From positions 62,001 to 119,554 of the forward strand of contig JABIHA010000094.1 in the NCBI GenBank assembly GCA_018649885.1: a DNA stretch of 57,554 nucleotides. Direction: 5' to 3'. Below, one piece after another: positions 1-10,900 of this stretch (position 1 is its first letter; each line of letters begins with the position of its first letter). The notes under the pieces were generated by a model that had not been told where the DNA came from, searched no databases, and saw only the letters and a list, made by a program, of their open reading frames with translations. Source of the stretch: Bacteriovoracaceae bacterium (lineage in GTDB: Bacteria > Bdellovibrionota > Bacteriovoracia > Bacteriovoracales > Bacteriovoracaceae). The translations under genes and the position numbers were made by a program.

Positions 1-57
1 AAAACATATCATGACTCTCAAACTCCCCTTCAGGTAAATTGACTAGTACTACCCTCT

Positions 58-84
58 TAAGATTCATCTAAAAAATTCCGATAA
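58..84 (+). promoter_or_regulatory. Putative sigma-28 (FliA) promoter
   Basis: TAAG-N15-TCCGATAA versus consensus TAAA-N15-GCCGATAA, 30 nt upstream of the ATG at 115. Confidence 0.5.
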
Positions 85-114
85 TTCTCATAGGTTTTGT
101 AACCTTGAGGTACC

Positions 115-639
115 ATGGCAGACAGTGATGACTACATCTCAAACATGTTATGCGAGACAGTTGTGAATAGCTCACAAGAGGTATCAGAGCATGTTGAAAC
201 CGACCTTGGTGAGTACTTTGAAACAAAGCTAACCCTAGTTAAAAACCAAGAAAGTATGGAAAATCAGCAATCATTTGATATTTCTCAAACCCTAAAGATG
301 CTAGACTCCTACCAAATTCCTACATACCTGGCAGAGTTTATTGATGGCATAGGATGTTACCGTTATATATTATTTGGAAATAGACTCGACTTTCCAAAAA
401 ACTGGCTTTTTTTTGAAAATGCTTCGGAGTATTCAACAGTTTTAAAACATTATTCAAAAGAAGATGACCCCTTCTACTTAGTAGATGCGCTAAAAAGTAT
501 CAAAGATGGCCTTGCAGATATACTCTTCATTAAGTCAGATGAAAAAATATATATTTGTCTTTTCAATTTAGGCGAAAGGCAAATTCTCACCAATTTATTG
601 GGCAAAAAAAAGGCAGCACTCGAAAAAAAGGCTGCCTAA
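115..639 (+). CDS. Hypothetical protein (174 aa, acidic N-terminus)
   Basis: ORF with RBS GAGG upstream of ATG; no family recognised. Confidence 0.75.
   Translation: MADSDDYISNMLCETVVNSSQEVSEHVETDLGEYFETKLTLVKNQESMENQQSFDISQTLKMLDSYQIPTYLAEFIDGIGCYRYILFGNRLDFPKNWLFFENASEYSTVLKHYSKEDDPFYLVDALKSIKDGLADILFIKSDEKIYICLFNLGERQILTNLLGKKKAALEKKAA
604..637 (-). terminator. Probable intrinsic terminator for the endonuclease IV gene
   Basis: AGGCAGC/GCTGCCT stem followed by a T-run on the minus strand. Confidence 0.55.
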
Positions 640-666
640 TATTTTTATTAAAATCGTATTTGTTTC

Positions 667-1503
667 TTAATGTAGCGTCATATAATAATCTTTTAACATC
701 ATCGCATCTTTTTCAAGATTAGGACTGTTACAGATTATATAACCCTTACAACCTCTGCCCTTTAGAGAATTTAAAAGACCTTTCCAATTAAAGCTTGAGC
801 TCTCAAGGTTGAGATGTTTTAAATCTCCCTTTGAGTTTGAACTGATTCCTGAAATATGAATGTGCATATTATCGAGACAGTTGTTACCAAGTTCCCCATT
901 TAAGCGATCAAGCAATGTATTGAATTCTTCTTCGGTATTATATTCACCAGTTCTTGCGTAAAGATGAGAAAAATCTAAGCAAGGTTGGCATGAATTTACA
1001 TTTTTAGTAAGACTGATAAGTTCTTCAAGGGAGCCAAATTGACTCGTCTTGCCAGTCAACTCAGGTCTTAATTCAATTTCAATATCAAGTCTAGACAGTC
1101 TTTCTTCGATAACATTCATTGATTTTTCAACCAAGTCGAATACATCATAAGGCGAATCTTTCATGTAGAAAGCTGCGTGAAAAGTCATAGATTCAGCCCC
1201 ACAAAGATCAGAGATTTTTGCAGTCTGAATGATTCTCTCAACCGAGGAATCGATCTTATCTTGTTCCCTAGCATTTAAATTAATGTAGTAAGGACCATGT
1301 GATGTAAGTGGGATATTAAGTTCGTAAGAAATTCTTCTGAGCGCTGAAGACACCTCGTCTTTCATCCTAACCCCATGAGCAAATTCAAGCTGCATGCAGT
1401 CCAGGCCCAATTGTTGAATCATCTTAACGCCTTCAACTGGGTTATTCTTTTTTAAGGTGCAGTTTGGAACACCTGCTGTTCCAAATAACAGACGGTTTGG
1501 CAT
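667..1503 (-). CDS. nfo: Endonuclease IV / AP endonuclease family 2 TIM-barrel protein (archaeal-like subtype)
   Basis: FGTAGVP, HGPYYINL, FH, RPExxGK, DFSH, HIHISG motifs. Confidence 0.8.
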   Translation of the reverse strand: MPNRLLFGTAGVPNCTLKKNNPVEGVKMIQQLGLDCMQLEFAHGVRMKDEVSSALRRISYELNIPLTSHGPYYINLNAREQDKIDSSVERIIQTAKISDLCGAESMTFHAAFYMKDSPYDVFDLVEKSMNVIEERLSRLDIEIELRPELTGKTSQFGSLEELISLTKNVNSCQPCLDFSHLYARTGEYNTEEEFNTLLDRLNGELGNNCLDNMHIHISGISSNSKGDLKHLNLESSSFNWKGLLNSLKGRGCKGYIICNSPNLEKDAMMLKDYYMTLH

Positions 1504-1852
1504 AATGTCTCTCTCCCCAATAATGGCGCTCCCCAGCGCTGGTCAAATAGTCTCTCCATCAAATTGGCATGGCCATTTTGATAACTATTTCATTTTACTT
1601 AAAACTTGCGAATATCAGTCGCTCTCTCTTAAAATCGATATATTCACATGCTGATGAAAACGAGGGGGCCTTTAAACTCTCTAAGCATCCAGGTTTTCAA
1701 TTGCCTTTGCAGGCTAACGGCCAAGTCATTGTAATGATTTGCTAAATAGTGGTGGACTAGCCGTTAATTGTTGTCTTTATAGCCTGAGACTGAGTTTTTG
1801 TCCATCAAATGGTGGCCAAGTGTGAAATATTGAAAGCATTGGGAGTGACTTT

Positions 1853-2656
1853 TTGAGATTATTGCGCTTAGTACTCATACTTTTCCTTTTATACCTACCG
1901 ATTTTGGGAATTTTTTCCACTATATTCGGTCAAAGAGGTGCAGCCGTAGGCCTTTTCTTCTTTGTGCCACTGATTATCTTTGTCTTCACTCTCGGTGACA
2001 GGGTCTTAATGAATATAGTTAATGGGCGAAAACTCCCATACTCGGGCAACCAAAAAATTTATTACATCTTAGGTAAGCTTGCTTTTTCCATGGATATGAG
2101 AGAGCCAAAAATTGTTATCTATAAGAGAGGAAGGCCTACTGCTCATTCCATAAAGACTTGGGTTTATAGAAACGGAATCATACTGATACATGCTGACTTG
2201 ATTAATAGACTGACACTGCCTGAGATACAATCAGTTCTGAGCTTTGAGATGCTAAGATTAAAATCTCATTTTTCATTGTCTCTACTAATATATAATTATT
2301 TTTCAATCATAACAAAACGAGCAATGCTCCCAATAAAGAAAGCATTAAATACAAACCGGCTCTCATGGATAATCTTATTCACTGGCTTTGTTACAACACC
2401 ATTTTGGGAAATAATAAAAATATTAGCTTTTAATCCTAAAAGCACACTTTCCTTAGACAAGCAGACTGCTAGCTTTCTGGGAGACTCATCTCAATTAAAA
2501 TCATCGCTTTCCAAGATTTATAGTCTAGAGGGCAACAGTAATATTTGGGAAGATTACACATTTTACGGTAGTATTATAGAGAAAAGCCGCTCGGGGCAAC
2601 TTGTTGAGCTTTTTGAAAGCAGAAAAGTTTTCGAGCGAAGAATTGCGAACCTATAA
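1853..2656 (+). CDS. HtpX/M48 peptidase-like membrane protein lacking the HExxH motif
   Basis: Two N-terminal TM helices; LINRLTLPEIQSVLSFEMLRLK aligns by eye to LLxxLxxxELxAVLAHELxH; D..A...G and C-terminal RIANL as in HtpX. Confidence 0.65.
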   Translation: MRLLRLVLILFLLYLPILGIFSTIFGQRGAAVGLFFFVPLIIFVFTLGDRVLMNIVNGRKLPYSGNQKIYYILGKLAFSMDMREPKIVIYKRGRPTAHSIKTWVYRNGIILIHADLINRLTLPEIQSVLSFEMLRLKSHFSLSLLIYNYFSIITKRAMLPIKKALNTNRLSWIILFTGFVTTPFWEIIKILAFNPKSTLSLDKQTASFLGDSSQLKSSLSKIYSLEGNSNIWEDYTFYGSIIEKSRSGQLVELFESRKVFERRIANL

Positions 2657-2667
2657 ACGAAGATAAA

Positions 2668-4560
2668 ATGGCAGACAAAAAAAAACCTATCATTTCCAAA
2701 GACTTCAATATAAGCAATTTTTATCCCCTATTTTTCACCATAGCGTTCATTATCGTTATGATCCAATACTCATTCTCCTCACTTGAGGCCATTTTTTATG
2801 ATCTTCGGGTAAAGTGGGATTTAGGTGTTGGAGCACCCGAGGCAATTGTAATCGTCACAATGGATGAAGAAAGTGATGATTTTCTTGGGGAAACATATCC
2901 ATATACATATGCAACACATAGTCGATTTCTTAAAAAATTGATTGAAGCACAACCAAAAATTGTCTCCTACTTTATTAGTCTAGAAGAACCTGAAACCGAG
3001 ATAGAGGAAAAATACCTCACAAATGTAAAAAACCAAATTGAGAGTTTTAAAAAAGTTGGTGGGAATTTTCGGTTTGCTAGCACTGTTGATAACTGGGGAA
3101 TTCAACTCCCTCCTGAGCCACTTCGAGGCCTTGGTATGTCATTGTCCCTTGTTGTATTTGATGAGGATCATTTTGCCAGGGATGATGTCACCAGACGAGC
3201 CATTGTTAACTATGCTGGCGAGAATACAATACACTTATACCTTGCCAATAAAATTCGAGAGCTCCGGGGCGAAAACCAATTGGAGGCAAACGCATTTTTA
3301 GGCTCCTACTACGTTAGGGAATATGATGCAACCTACACCTTATTTAGGTACACCTCCTCTGGGATTCCCGAGAAAGATAAAAATATAAAATTTATTCCCT
3401 ACCACAAAGTCGCTGTGGGAAGTTTTGATAAAGAACTTTTTAAGAACAAGCTTGTTCTAATTGGGCCTCAATATATTTCTAGTGCAGATGACTTCACTTT
3501 AACACCTTTTGCTAAAGAAAATTTGAAAACTCCAGTGATGTCGATTCACTCACAAATTATTCAGTCCCTCATAAAAGATAAAACCATCTACAAAGTTCCA
3601 AGAGTTGTATCAAATATAATTTCTCTTTTAATCGCAATATTTTTGTCTTTCGTTATTTCAAGAGTCCAGCCGGCAAGGGGCTTGCTTATCACCGTAGGAA
3701 CTATGCTCGGAGTAATTATCACCAGCTTTTTGCTCTTTAGCGCCTTGGGCATTTGGATATACCTATCCCATATCATTTTAACTATTTTCGTTGTTTATTA
3801 TATTTGGGTTCCATTTAGAGCGATCGCAGAATATCAAACACGTTATGCAATTGAAGAGGAGGCAAAGCTATTAAAGCAAGTTGATAATTTGAAGCAAAAC
3901 TTTATCTCTTTGATGAGTCATGATCTAAAAACACCTGTAGCAAAAGTCGCAGGGATCGCGGATATTCTCTACACCCAATTTAAGAATAATGGCGAGCAAC
4001 AAAAGCTGTTGAATGCCATTAAAGATTCGACCCATGAGCTCAATAAATTTATCTCAAGTATCCTTGACCTAACCAAGGTGGAATCGAGAAACCTTACACT
4101 CAAGGTCACTTCAAAAGATATAAACCAAATTATTGAATCCCTTGTGACTAAATTGAAGTTTCAAGCAACAAAAGCAGACATGGAAATTGAGACAGAACTA
4201 TCTCCACTTTATCCAATTGAGATCGATGTAGACCTAATTGCACGAGTTATTTCCAATTTAATAGAAAATGCGATTAAATATGCAGGCACTGGAAAGCTTG
4301 TAAAAATAAAGACTTGGGATGATGATAAGTGGGTCTATGTGGAGATTTCTGACAATGGGCTGGGAATAAATCCAGGAGATTTAGGACATATATTTGACAA
4401 ATTTTATCGGGTAAAGGACGACGCAAGTCACTCAATAAAAGGTTCTGGTTTAGGACTATTTCTTGTAAAATATTTTGTCGAGCTCCATCAGGGGACAATT
4501 GAAGTAAATTCGATATACAATGAGGGGACGACTTTTCTTATCAAACTCCCAAATGAGTGA
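2668..4560 (+). CDS. CHASE2-domain sensor histidine kinase
   Basis: IVIVTMDE CHASE2 start, three TM helices, H-box SHDLKTP, N-box NLIENAIKY, DNGLGI, GSGLGL. Confidence 0.9.
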   Translation: MADKKKPIISKDFNISNFYPLFFTIAFIIVMIQYSFSSLEAIFYDLRVKWDLGVGAPEAIVIVTMDEESDDFLGETYPYTYATHSRFLKKLIEAQPKIVSYFISLEEPETEIEEKYLTNVKNQIESFKKVGGNFRFASTVDNWGIQLPPEPLRGLGMSLSLVVFDEDHFARDDVTRRAIVNYAGENTIHLYLANKIRELRGENQLEANAFLGSYYVREYDATYTLFRYTSSGIPEKDKNIKFIPYHKVAVGSFDKELFKNKLVLIGPQYISSADDFTLTPFAKENLKTPVMSIHSQIIQSLIKDKTIYKVPRVVSNIISLLIAIFLSFVISRVQPARGLLITVGTMLGVIITSFLLFSALGIWIYLSHIILTIFVVYYIWVPFRAIAEYQTRYAIEEEAKLLKQVDNLKQNFISLMSHDLKTPVAKVAGIADILYTQFKNNGEQQKLLNAIKDSTHELNKFISSILDLTKVESRNLTLKVTSKDINQIIESLVTKLKFQATKADMEIETELSPLYPIEIDVDLIARVISNLIENAIKYAGTGKLVKIKTWDDDKWVYVEISDNGLGINPGDLGHIFDKFYRVKDDASHSIKGSGLGLFLVKYFVELHQGTIEVNSIYNEGTTFLIKLPNE

Positions 4561-4603
4561 TAAGCCGAGTAGTCAAACCTTCTGAAAATAATGGAGTCAG
4601 GTC

Positions 4604-6103
4604 GTGCAACGAGTATTAGTAGTAGATGATGATAAAGTCTTACAAGATTCAGTTAGAAGAGCTCTTGAGTTTCATCACTTTTTTGTAGATGTTGCAGATA
4701 ACGGACGAGAAGCCGTTAACAAGGTTTACCGAGAAAAATATGACCTTGTTGTAATGGATGTAAATATGCCAGAGATGAATGGCATAGAAGCACTCGTTGA
4801 AATGAAGAAAAATAACCCTTCAATCATTGTCATCATTGTTACTGCTTATTCAAATGTTCAAGATGCTGTTAAAGCAGTGAAAGAAGGCGCTTACAATTAC
4901 CTAGAAAAACCAATTACAAGTGATAATTTAGTTGCCCTAATCAAGCGTGCCCTAAAGGCAAGATCCCTAATTGAAACAATGGCATTCTCTGCTCCCCAAC
5001 TCTCTTTAGGCGGCGGAAATAAAGAGGACCAGTTTGTTGGTGAATCTGATGTCATGAAAAAAGTCTTTGGCATTATTGGAAAACTAGCACAAGTTAAAAC
5101 ACCCGTGCTCATTAGGGGTGAATCAGGAACAGGTAAAGAGCTTGTTGCAAAAGCCATTCACTTCAATGGCTCTAGAAAAGATGAAAAATTTGTCACCATC
5201 AACTGTGCTGCCATACCTGAAAATCTTATTGAAAGTGAATTATTTGGTCACGAGAAAGGTGCCTTCACTGGTGCCAACGAAAGAAAAATTGGTAAATTCC
5301 AGTACGCAAATGGTGGGACTCTATTTCTCGATGAGATTGGAGATGTTTCACAGGCCATGCAGGTAAAACTTTTGAGAGTACTGCAGGAAAAAACCTTTAC
5401 CCCTATCGGTGGAAACCGAGAAGTAACAGTGGATGTTAGGGTAATTGCAGCTTCTCACAAACCTTTTGAGAAAATGATTAAAGAGGGAACATTCAGAGAA
5501 GACCTTTTTTACAGACTGAATGTACTGCCAGTCTATCTTCCACCACTGCGTGAACGAGTATCAGATATTCCACATCTAATTGAGTATTACCTTAATTATT
5601 TTAATAATATTCACAACCTCCAAATTAAAGGTCTCACAGAAGAAGGGATGAAAATCCTTAGCAATCATAAATGGCCTGGCAATATTCGAGAGTTAAGAAA
5701 TGTTATAGAGCATGCTTTTATTATTGAATCTACTGATCTCATTCACCCGTCGAGTTTGCCTGAATCTATTTATAAAAGTGCACCAAACTCCACAGACAAT
5801 AATGCTGACGAAAGTAGCATGATCGACATTCAGGGAATTCAAAACTCTGTTTTCGATGTTGAAGGCGGCGGTGTCGACATAAAAGATGATTATAAATTTG
5901 TCTTTGCGACTAAAACTGAAAATAATGATATTAAGTTAGATTTTCAAGAAGCTAAAGATTTGTTTGAAAAAGAGTTTATCGTTCAGGCGCTAAAGCTCAA
6001 TAAGGGAAAAATTAATCAAACTGCTCTCAAGGCAAATATCCCTAAGAAAACACTTCTTAGAAAAATTGAAAAATACGGCATTAGCCCCAAAGAATTTTAT
6101 TAA
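4604..6103 (+). CDS. Sigma-54-dependent response regulator (NtrC family)
   Basis: REC domain, GESGTGKE, GAFTGA, LFLDEIG, WPGNIREL, C-terminal Fis-type HTH. Confidence 0.95.
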   Translation: MQRVLVVDDDKVLQDSVRRALEFHHFFVDVADNGREAVNKVYREKYDLVVMDVNMPEMNGIEALVEMKKNNPSIIVIIVTAYSNVQDAVKAVKEGAYNYLEKPITSDNLVALIKRALKARSLIETMAFSAPQLSLGGGNKEDQFVGESDVMKKVFGIIGKLAQVKTPVLIRGESGTGKELVAKAIHFNGSRKDEKFVTINCAAIPENLIESELFGHEKGAFTGANERKIGKFQYANGGTLFLDEIGDVSQAMQVKLLRVLQEKTFTPIGGNREVTVDVRVIAASHKPFEKMIKEGTFREDLFYRLNVLPVYLPPLRERVSDIPHLIEYYLNYFNNIHNLQIKGLTEEGMKILSNHKWPGNIRELRNVIEHAFIIESTDLIHPSSLPESIYKSAPNSTDNNADESSMIDIQGIQNSVFDVEGGGVDIKDDYKFVFATKTENNDIKLDFQEAKDLFEKEFIVQALKLNKGKINQTALKANIPKKTLLRKIEKYGISPKEFY

Positions 6104-6117
6104 GGTAAACAAAACCG

Positions 6118-6618
6118 ATGAATCGAATTTGGATGTTATCATTACTGATCGTGGGAATTATTATTGCTGACCAGCTTTCGAAAGGTGCAGTACAAAGCAA
6201 TTTTCACATTGGCGAGTCAAAAGTTGTTATTGATGGATTCTTTAATTTTACTTATATCACAAACAAGGGTGCTGCATTTGGATTTCTATCGGATGCATCT
6301 GACAGTATAAGAAAGCCATTGTTTTTATTCATCCCTGTGATTGCTTGTATATGGCTTGGATGGCTGATTTGGGCCTCAAGGAAACAAGCCCTTATTGCGG
6401 GCCTGGCTTACAGCCTGATTCTATCCGGTGCTATCGGAAACTTAATCGATCGATTTTCACTTGGTTATGTGGTGGATTTTTTAGATTTCTATTACAAGGC
6501 CAATCACTTCCCTGCTTTTAATATTGCGGATAGCGCAATCACAATCGCAGCATTTCTACTGGGCATAGATTTCATTCAACAAATAATAAAAAATCGAAAG
6601 CCACAAGAACATATTTAA
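6118..6618 (+). CDS. lspA: Lipoprotein signal peptidase II
   Basis: DQLSK, NKGAAFG, GAIGNLIDR, VVDF, FNIAD. Confidence 0.95.
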   Translation: MNRIWMLSLLIVGIIIADQLSKGAVQSNFHIGESKVVIDGFFNFTYITNKGAAFGFLSDASDSIRKPLFLFIPVIACIWLGWLIWASRKQALIAGLAYSLILSGAIGNLIDRFSLGYVVDFLDFYYKANHFPAFNIADSAITIAAFLLGIDFIQQIIKNRKPQEHI

Positions 6619-7373
6619 TGCTGCCAATCCTCTTTCAAAAATTTGGGATCACAATTTATAGTTACCCACTATTCATGGGCCTTGCCTGGGGTTGTGCTTA
6701 CTATATTTGTACAGGATTACTTGATAGTAAGAATCTAGACCCAAAAGGATTCCGAGCTTTTTTTTGGTTAAATTTTCTGGCTTCTTGGCTTGGGGCGAAA
6801 GTTTTTTATTTGATAAATTCCACAGGTGGATACTTTGCAAGCTACCTTGAGAGCCCCTCATTTTGGCTTGGAGGTGGATTTGTATTCCATGGTGGCCTAA
6901 TCTTTGGAATGGTCTTTTCCTTTATATATTTAGTGCTTTTAAAGAAGTTCTCCACTGAATCTGCAGTGCAACTAATAGCCTGCATTCCCATTGGACACGC
7001 CATTGGGCGAATAGGATGTTTATTAACCGGCTGCTGCTACGGGTCAGTCTGTAAACTTCCCTGGTCCATAAATCACTTTGGCACTCTCAGGCATCCCGTC
7101 CAGGCCTACGAAGCTCTATGCCTGTTTATCCTCGGCGCAATTTTATTAGTCCTTTCTAAAAAATCAAAGAATATCTACGCACCCTTAAGCGCCTATCTTT
7201 TTGGTTATGGGATTATTAGATTCTTCTTGGAATATTTACGAGGAGATTTAATAAGAGGAATCCTACCTATGGGGATCAGTAACGGACAACTTATCTCTAT
7301 AGGACTGACTGTAATGGGAATATTTTTATGGTTTATTACTAAGAAGCACTCTCGGGTTCAGCTTCCTCAGTAG
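6618..7373 (+). CDS. lgt: Prolipoprotein diacylglyceryl transferase
   Basis: GGFVFHGG, GRIGCLLTGCCYG, HPVQAYE, RFFLEYLRGD. Confidence 0.9.
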   Translation: MLPILFQKFGITIYSYPLFMGLAWGCAYYICTGLLDSKNLDPKGFRAFFWLNFLASWLGAKVFYLINSTGGYFASYLESPSFWLGGGFVFHGGLIFGMVFSFIYLVLLKKFSTESAVQLIACIPIGHAIGRIGCLLTGCCYGSVCKLPWSINHFGTLRHPVQAYEALCLFILGAILLVLSKKSKNIYAPLSAYLFGYGIIRFFLEYLRGDLIRGILPMGISNGQLISIGLTVMGIFLWFITKKHSRVQLPQ

Positions 7374-7791
7374 CGGCAGGCCCTTCAGCAACTTCTGGAA
7401 GCTCGATTCCACTGTCACTATGAAGTTTATCTAGCTCACCTTTTGAAATATAAAGCTTTGATTCAAGGTTTACACTTCCCCAAGCAATATAAGCATCATC
7501 CTGATTGTACATAGTGATTGCAAACCAAGGACAATCTTGAGAGCAGTTTTGGCAGCCAATACATCTCATTAGATCAATCTCAACAGTGTGCTTAAAATTA
7601 GGATCTGTGAGATCTGGGCCTGGAACAATTTCTATGGAATCAACAGGACAGCCAGCAATACAAATTTCGCAGCCTGTACACATGGCCGTGTGAACAACGG
7701 CCAAAAGCTTAGGTGGTTTCTTACCCTTTCGAGGAGTCTTGAGCCGCGCTGTATGGTATGGGTTTTGATATTTTGTGCTGTCTTCACTCAT
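7339..7791 (-). CDS. 2x[4Fe-4S] ferredoxin-domain protein
   Basis: CTGCEICIAGCP and CIGCQNCSQDCP. Confidence 0.85.
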   Translation of the reverse strand: MSEDSTKYQNPYHTARLKTPRKGKKPPKLLAVVHTAMCTGCEICIAGCPVDSIEIVPGPDLTDPNFKHTVEIDLMRCIGCQNCSQDCPWFAITMYNQDDAYIAWGSVNLESKLYISKGELDKLHSDSGIELPEVAEGPAATEEAEPESAS

Positions 7792-7955
7792 TACTTAAAA
7801 CTACCTCTCTAAGATCTTCATTATAGCGCATTAAATTCATGATTTATACAGCAAAACCATGCAAAATTTGTTATCAGTGTTGTAGGTAGACCGCTCAGAT
7901 AGCACTTCGCGTCTACATAAAAACTCTTTTATTTTTAACCGAGAAAGGGGTCTAA

Positions 7956-10900
7956 ATGTCTCGCCTGAGATTCGTTACAGCTTCTAGCCTATTTGATGGG
8001 CATGATGCCTCAATAAATATCATGAGAAGATTGCTTCAAAGCAAAGGTGCCGAGGTTATACACCTGGGCCACAATAGATCTGCAAAAGAAGTTGTAGATG
8101 CTGCCATTCAAGAAGATGTACAGGGAATTGCCCTCAGCTCTTATCAAGGTGGCCACATGGAATACTTCACCTACATTAGAGAATTACTTGATAGCGCTGG
8201 ATCCAAAAATATCAAAATTTTTGGTGGAGGCGGAGGGGTCATCACCCCCAGCGAGATGAAAAAGTTGCACTCATCTGGAATTACAAGAATCTATTCCCCA
8301 GGGGATGGAATGAAGCTTGGTCTCGACGGAATTATTAACGATATAATTGATCAGTCACAATTTTCCACTATCGAAGGCTTTCAATTTAAAGACCTAGCTG
8401 GAAAAAAAAATCTAAATCACCATCAAATTGGGAAGACCATCACATATATTGAAGAAAAGGGTGAGTTTCCATTTGAGGTTAAGAAAGGTGAAACAAAAGT
8501 TTTAGGAATAACTGGAACAGGCGGGGCAGGAAAGTCGAGTTTAATTGATGAAATTTTGCTGAGATTTTCTCGCTACTATCCAGATAAAAAAGTCGCCCTT
8601 ATTTCCATTGACCCCACTAAGAAGAAAAATCAAGGGGCCCTACTAGGAGATAGGATTAGACTTGGAAGTGCAACGTCTTCTCAATTTTACATCCGCTCTC
8701 TTGCAACAAGAGACTCTAAGACTGAGCTAAGTCCACAAATTGAAAAAACAACTATGTTTCTTAAGTCACTCGACTTTGATCTTATAATTGTAGAGACCTC
8801 CGGCATTGGACAGGCCTCTGATGAAATTACTGAAGTTGCCGATCAATTTCTATATGTAATGACCCCTGAGTACGGAGCTGCATCACAACTCGAAAAAATC
8901 GAAATGCTAGAGTCTGCACATTTTATTGCCATCAATAAATTTGAAAAAGCAAAAGGGATGGACGCACTAAGAGATGTTCGCAAACAATACAGAAGAAACA
9001 AACAACTCTTTGCCGGACACCCAGGATCCCCAGAAGATGATCAATTGCCAATTTACGGGACAATTGCTTCAAAGTTTAATAACCCTGGAGTCAATGATCT
9101 GTTTTTTGATATTTTAAGTGCATTTAAATTTCCTATTAGTGAGCAAATAAAAAACCTTGAAAAAAATAGGGCCAGCGAGCATGTTGCTGTCATCATTCCC
9201 TCAGGTAAGGTTCTCTACTTAAGAGAAATTTCAGACTTAGTAGAAAACTATAATCAAAAAACGGGGGAAACTTCAGACCAATTGGCAAACTGGGAGTCAC
9301 TCTCAGCTGCAGCAGCCTTACTGCCAGGTAACTCTGAGCTAAAAAAGAAGTTAGAAGAGGTAAAATCACTGATTCCAGGCAAGGTGTTCAGTGAAATAGA
9401 AGAGTACGACCGAGATATTGAAAAATACCACTCAGGAGAATTCTCATTTAATATTAGGGGAAAGGAATTAAAAACTCCAACAAAGTACCGCTCACTTTCA
9501 CAGCTAGAAATTTCAAGAGTTGGAATTCCAGACTTACAATATCCTTCTGAAAAATATCGGTTTATCAGGTCACAAAATTTCCCAGGGAAATTCCCTTACG
9601 CTGCCGGAACCTTCCCGTTCAAGAGAAAAGATGAAGAACCTAAGCGTCAGTTCGCTGGAGAAGGTGGTCCTCATAGGACAAATAAGAGATTTCACTTCCT
9701 TTCGGAAAATGATGAGGCCAAAAGATTATCTACTGCATTTGATTCAACAACTCTTTACGGTGAAGACCCTGCCATCAGACCTGATATTTTTGGAAAAATT
9801 GGTGAAGCAGGAGTAAGCATCTGCACACTTGAAGACATGGAAGTGCTCTATAGTGGCTTTGATCTATGTAATCCCAAAACATCTGTTTCCATGACAATTA
9901 ATGGCCCTGCAACAATTGTTCTTGCAATGTTCATGAACACTGCTATTAGGCAAAACCTTGGAGAAAAGGATTTTTGGGACAGCAAAAAAAGACTCGAAGT
10001 AATGAAAAATGTTCGTGGCACAGTTCAAGCAGATATTCTCAAAGAAGATCAAGCGCAAAACACTTGTATTTTCAGCCTTGAGTTTGCACTTAGATTGATG
10101 GGTGACGTTCAAGAATATTTTTCAAAAAACCAAATTAAAAATTACTATACCGTTTCCATAAGCGGCTATCATATAGCCGAAGCAGGGGCCAACCCTATCA
10201 CTCAATTGGCACTAACTCTGGCCAATGGATTTACCTACGTGGAGTATTATTTAAGCAGAGGATTAAAAATTGATGAGTTTGCAGAAAACCTATCATTTTT
10301 CTTCAGCAATGGGCTGGATCCTGAATATACTGTGATGGGAAGAGTTGCCAGAAAAATCTGGGCCATTGCTATGAAAGAAAAATATGGAGCAAACCTAAAA
10401 TCACAAAAATTGAAATATCATATTCAGACATCTGGACGATCCCTACACGCCCAAGAAATTGATTTTAATGACATTAGAACAACTCTACAGGCCTTTTTGG
10501 CATTGTCTGATAACTGTAATTCTCTGCATACAAATGCCTACGATGAAGCCATTACCACTCCCACAGAAGAAAGTGTGAGAAGGGCGATGGCGATCCAGCT
10601 CATTATCAATCGCGAGTTTGGATTAAATAAAACAGATAACCCTCTTCAAGGATCTTATATTTTTGAAGAACTAGCTCAAATTGTAGAGGACGCTGTTTTA
10701 AAAGAATTTGTTAGAATTTCTGATCGAGGAGGAGTTCTTGGTGCAATGGAAAATATGTACCAAAGATCTAAAATCCAAGAGGAATCCCTCCTTTACGAAT
10801 CACAAAAAGACTCAGGGGAAATTCCAATTATAGGTGTTAACACTTACATTGCCGAAAATATTTCAGAACAACTTAATGCTGAAATAGAAATCTCAAGATG

